Source: Bugula neritina (lineage: Eukaryota; Animalia; Bryozoa). From it: a stretch of DNA of 64,000 nt. Both the position numbers and the translations under genes were made by a program. Positions 63,664 through 64,000 of this stretch are shown here, one piece after another. The DNA is taken from NCBI GenBank assembly GCA_964035545.1, contig OZ037766.1, positions 21,812,767 through 21,876,766 on the forward strand, in the 5' to 3' direction. The stretch's first letter is position 1. Each line of letters starts with the position of its first letter. The notes under the pieces are model-generated. The model saw nothing but the letters and a program-made list of their open reading frames with translations. It had not been told where the DNA came from and made no database searches.

Positions 63664-64000
63664 GTTAGTTTACATGTTTTCATACTCACTTTAGCTTATA
63701 GACTAACTCCAGATACAAATTGTAGTCATAAGGGATTTATAGAAAAAAAGAAGAAAGTTGAACATTAAACTAATGTGAATATTAAATTTTAATTATGAAT
63801 GTCTATTATAAATTGTGAATAACTGATACATACGTGCATGTTGAATGTAGATGTATTGGGCTGTTTAAATATCAATATTGAATAGGATGTAATGACAAAC
63901 AAGTTGTATTAGTGATAAAACTGATTTTGTTGAGGTTTCTGTAAAGAGTGATGCTACTTGGTTTTCAAAAATCATATTGACCAGTTGTTTAAACATAATA

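Overview
AT-rich animal (invertebrate-type, intron-rich) genomic DNA dominated by transposable elements. Host genes: a 9-exon low-specificity L-threonine aldolase (+, 27115-32374), an 8-exon PIG-W/GWT1 inositol acyltransferase (-, 40839-32748), the 5' part of acylamino-acid-releasing enzyme APEH (+, from 62750), and an internally deleted duplicate of the threonine aldolase locus at about 760-2490. Mobile DNA: two full-length related Ty3/Gypsy elements (4626-11641 and 13475-20983; tRNA-Leu PBS, 4-bp TSDs), a solo LTR, a near full-length RTE LINE with an HDV-like ribozyme core in its 5' UTR, a 13-kb composite TIR element (8-bp TSD) containing the second Gypsy and the RTE, an ISL2EU/Harbinger-group element rearranged to carry two copies of its 3' end, an Academ remnant, several MITEs and LINE fragments, and an 11.8-kb foldback-type element (8-bp TSD) whose right arm has expanded into about 110 copies of a 97/98-bp two-state monomer. 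Best novelty candidate: both Gypsy elements carry a conserved third ORF after integrase that is not env (C2H2 and C2HC zinc fingers plus a coiled coil); in element 2 it has no upstream in-frame ATG and is reachable in frame through canonical splice sites, which suggests a complex-retrovirus-like accessory gene. All calls were made by eye; no database search was run.
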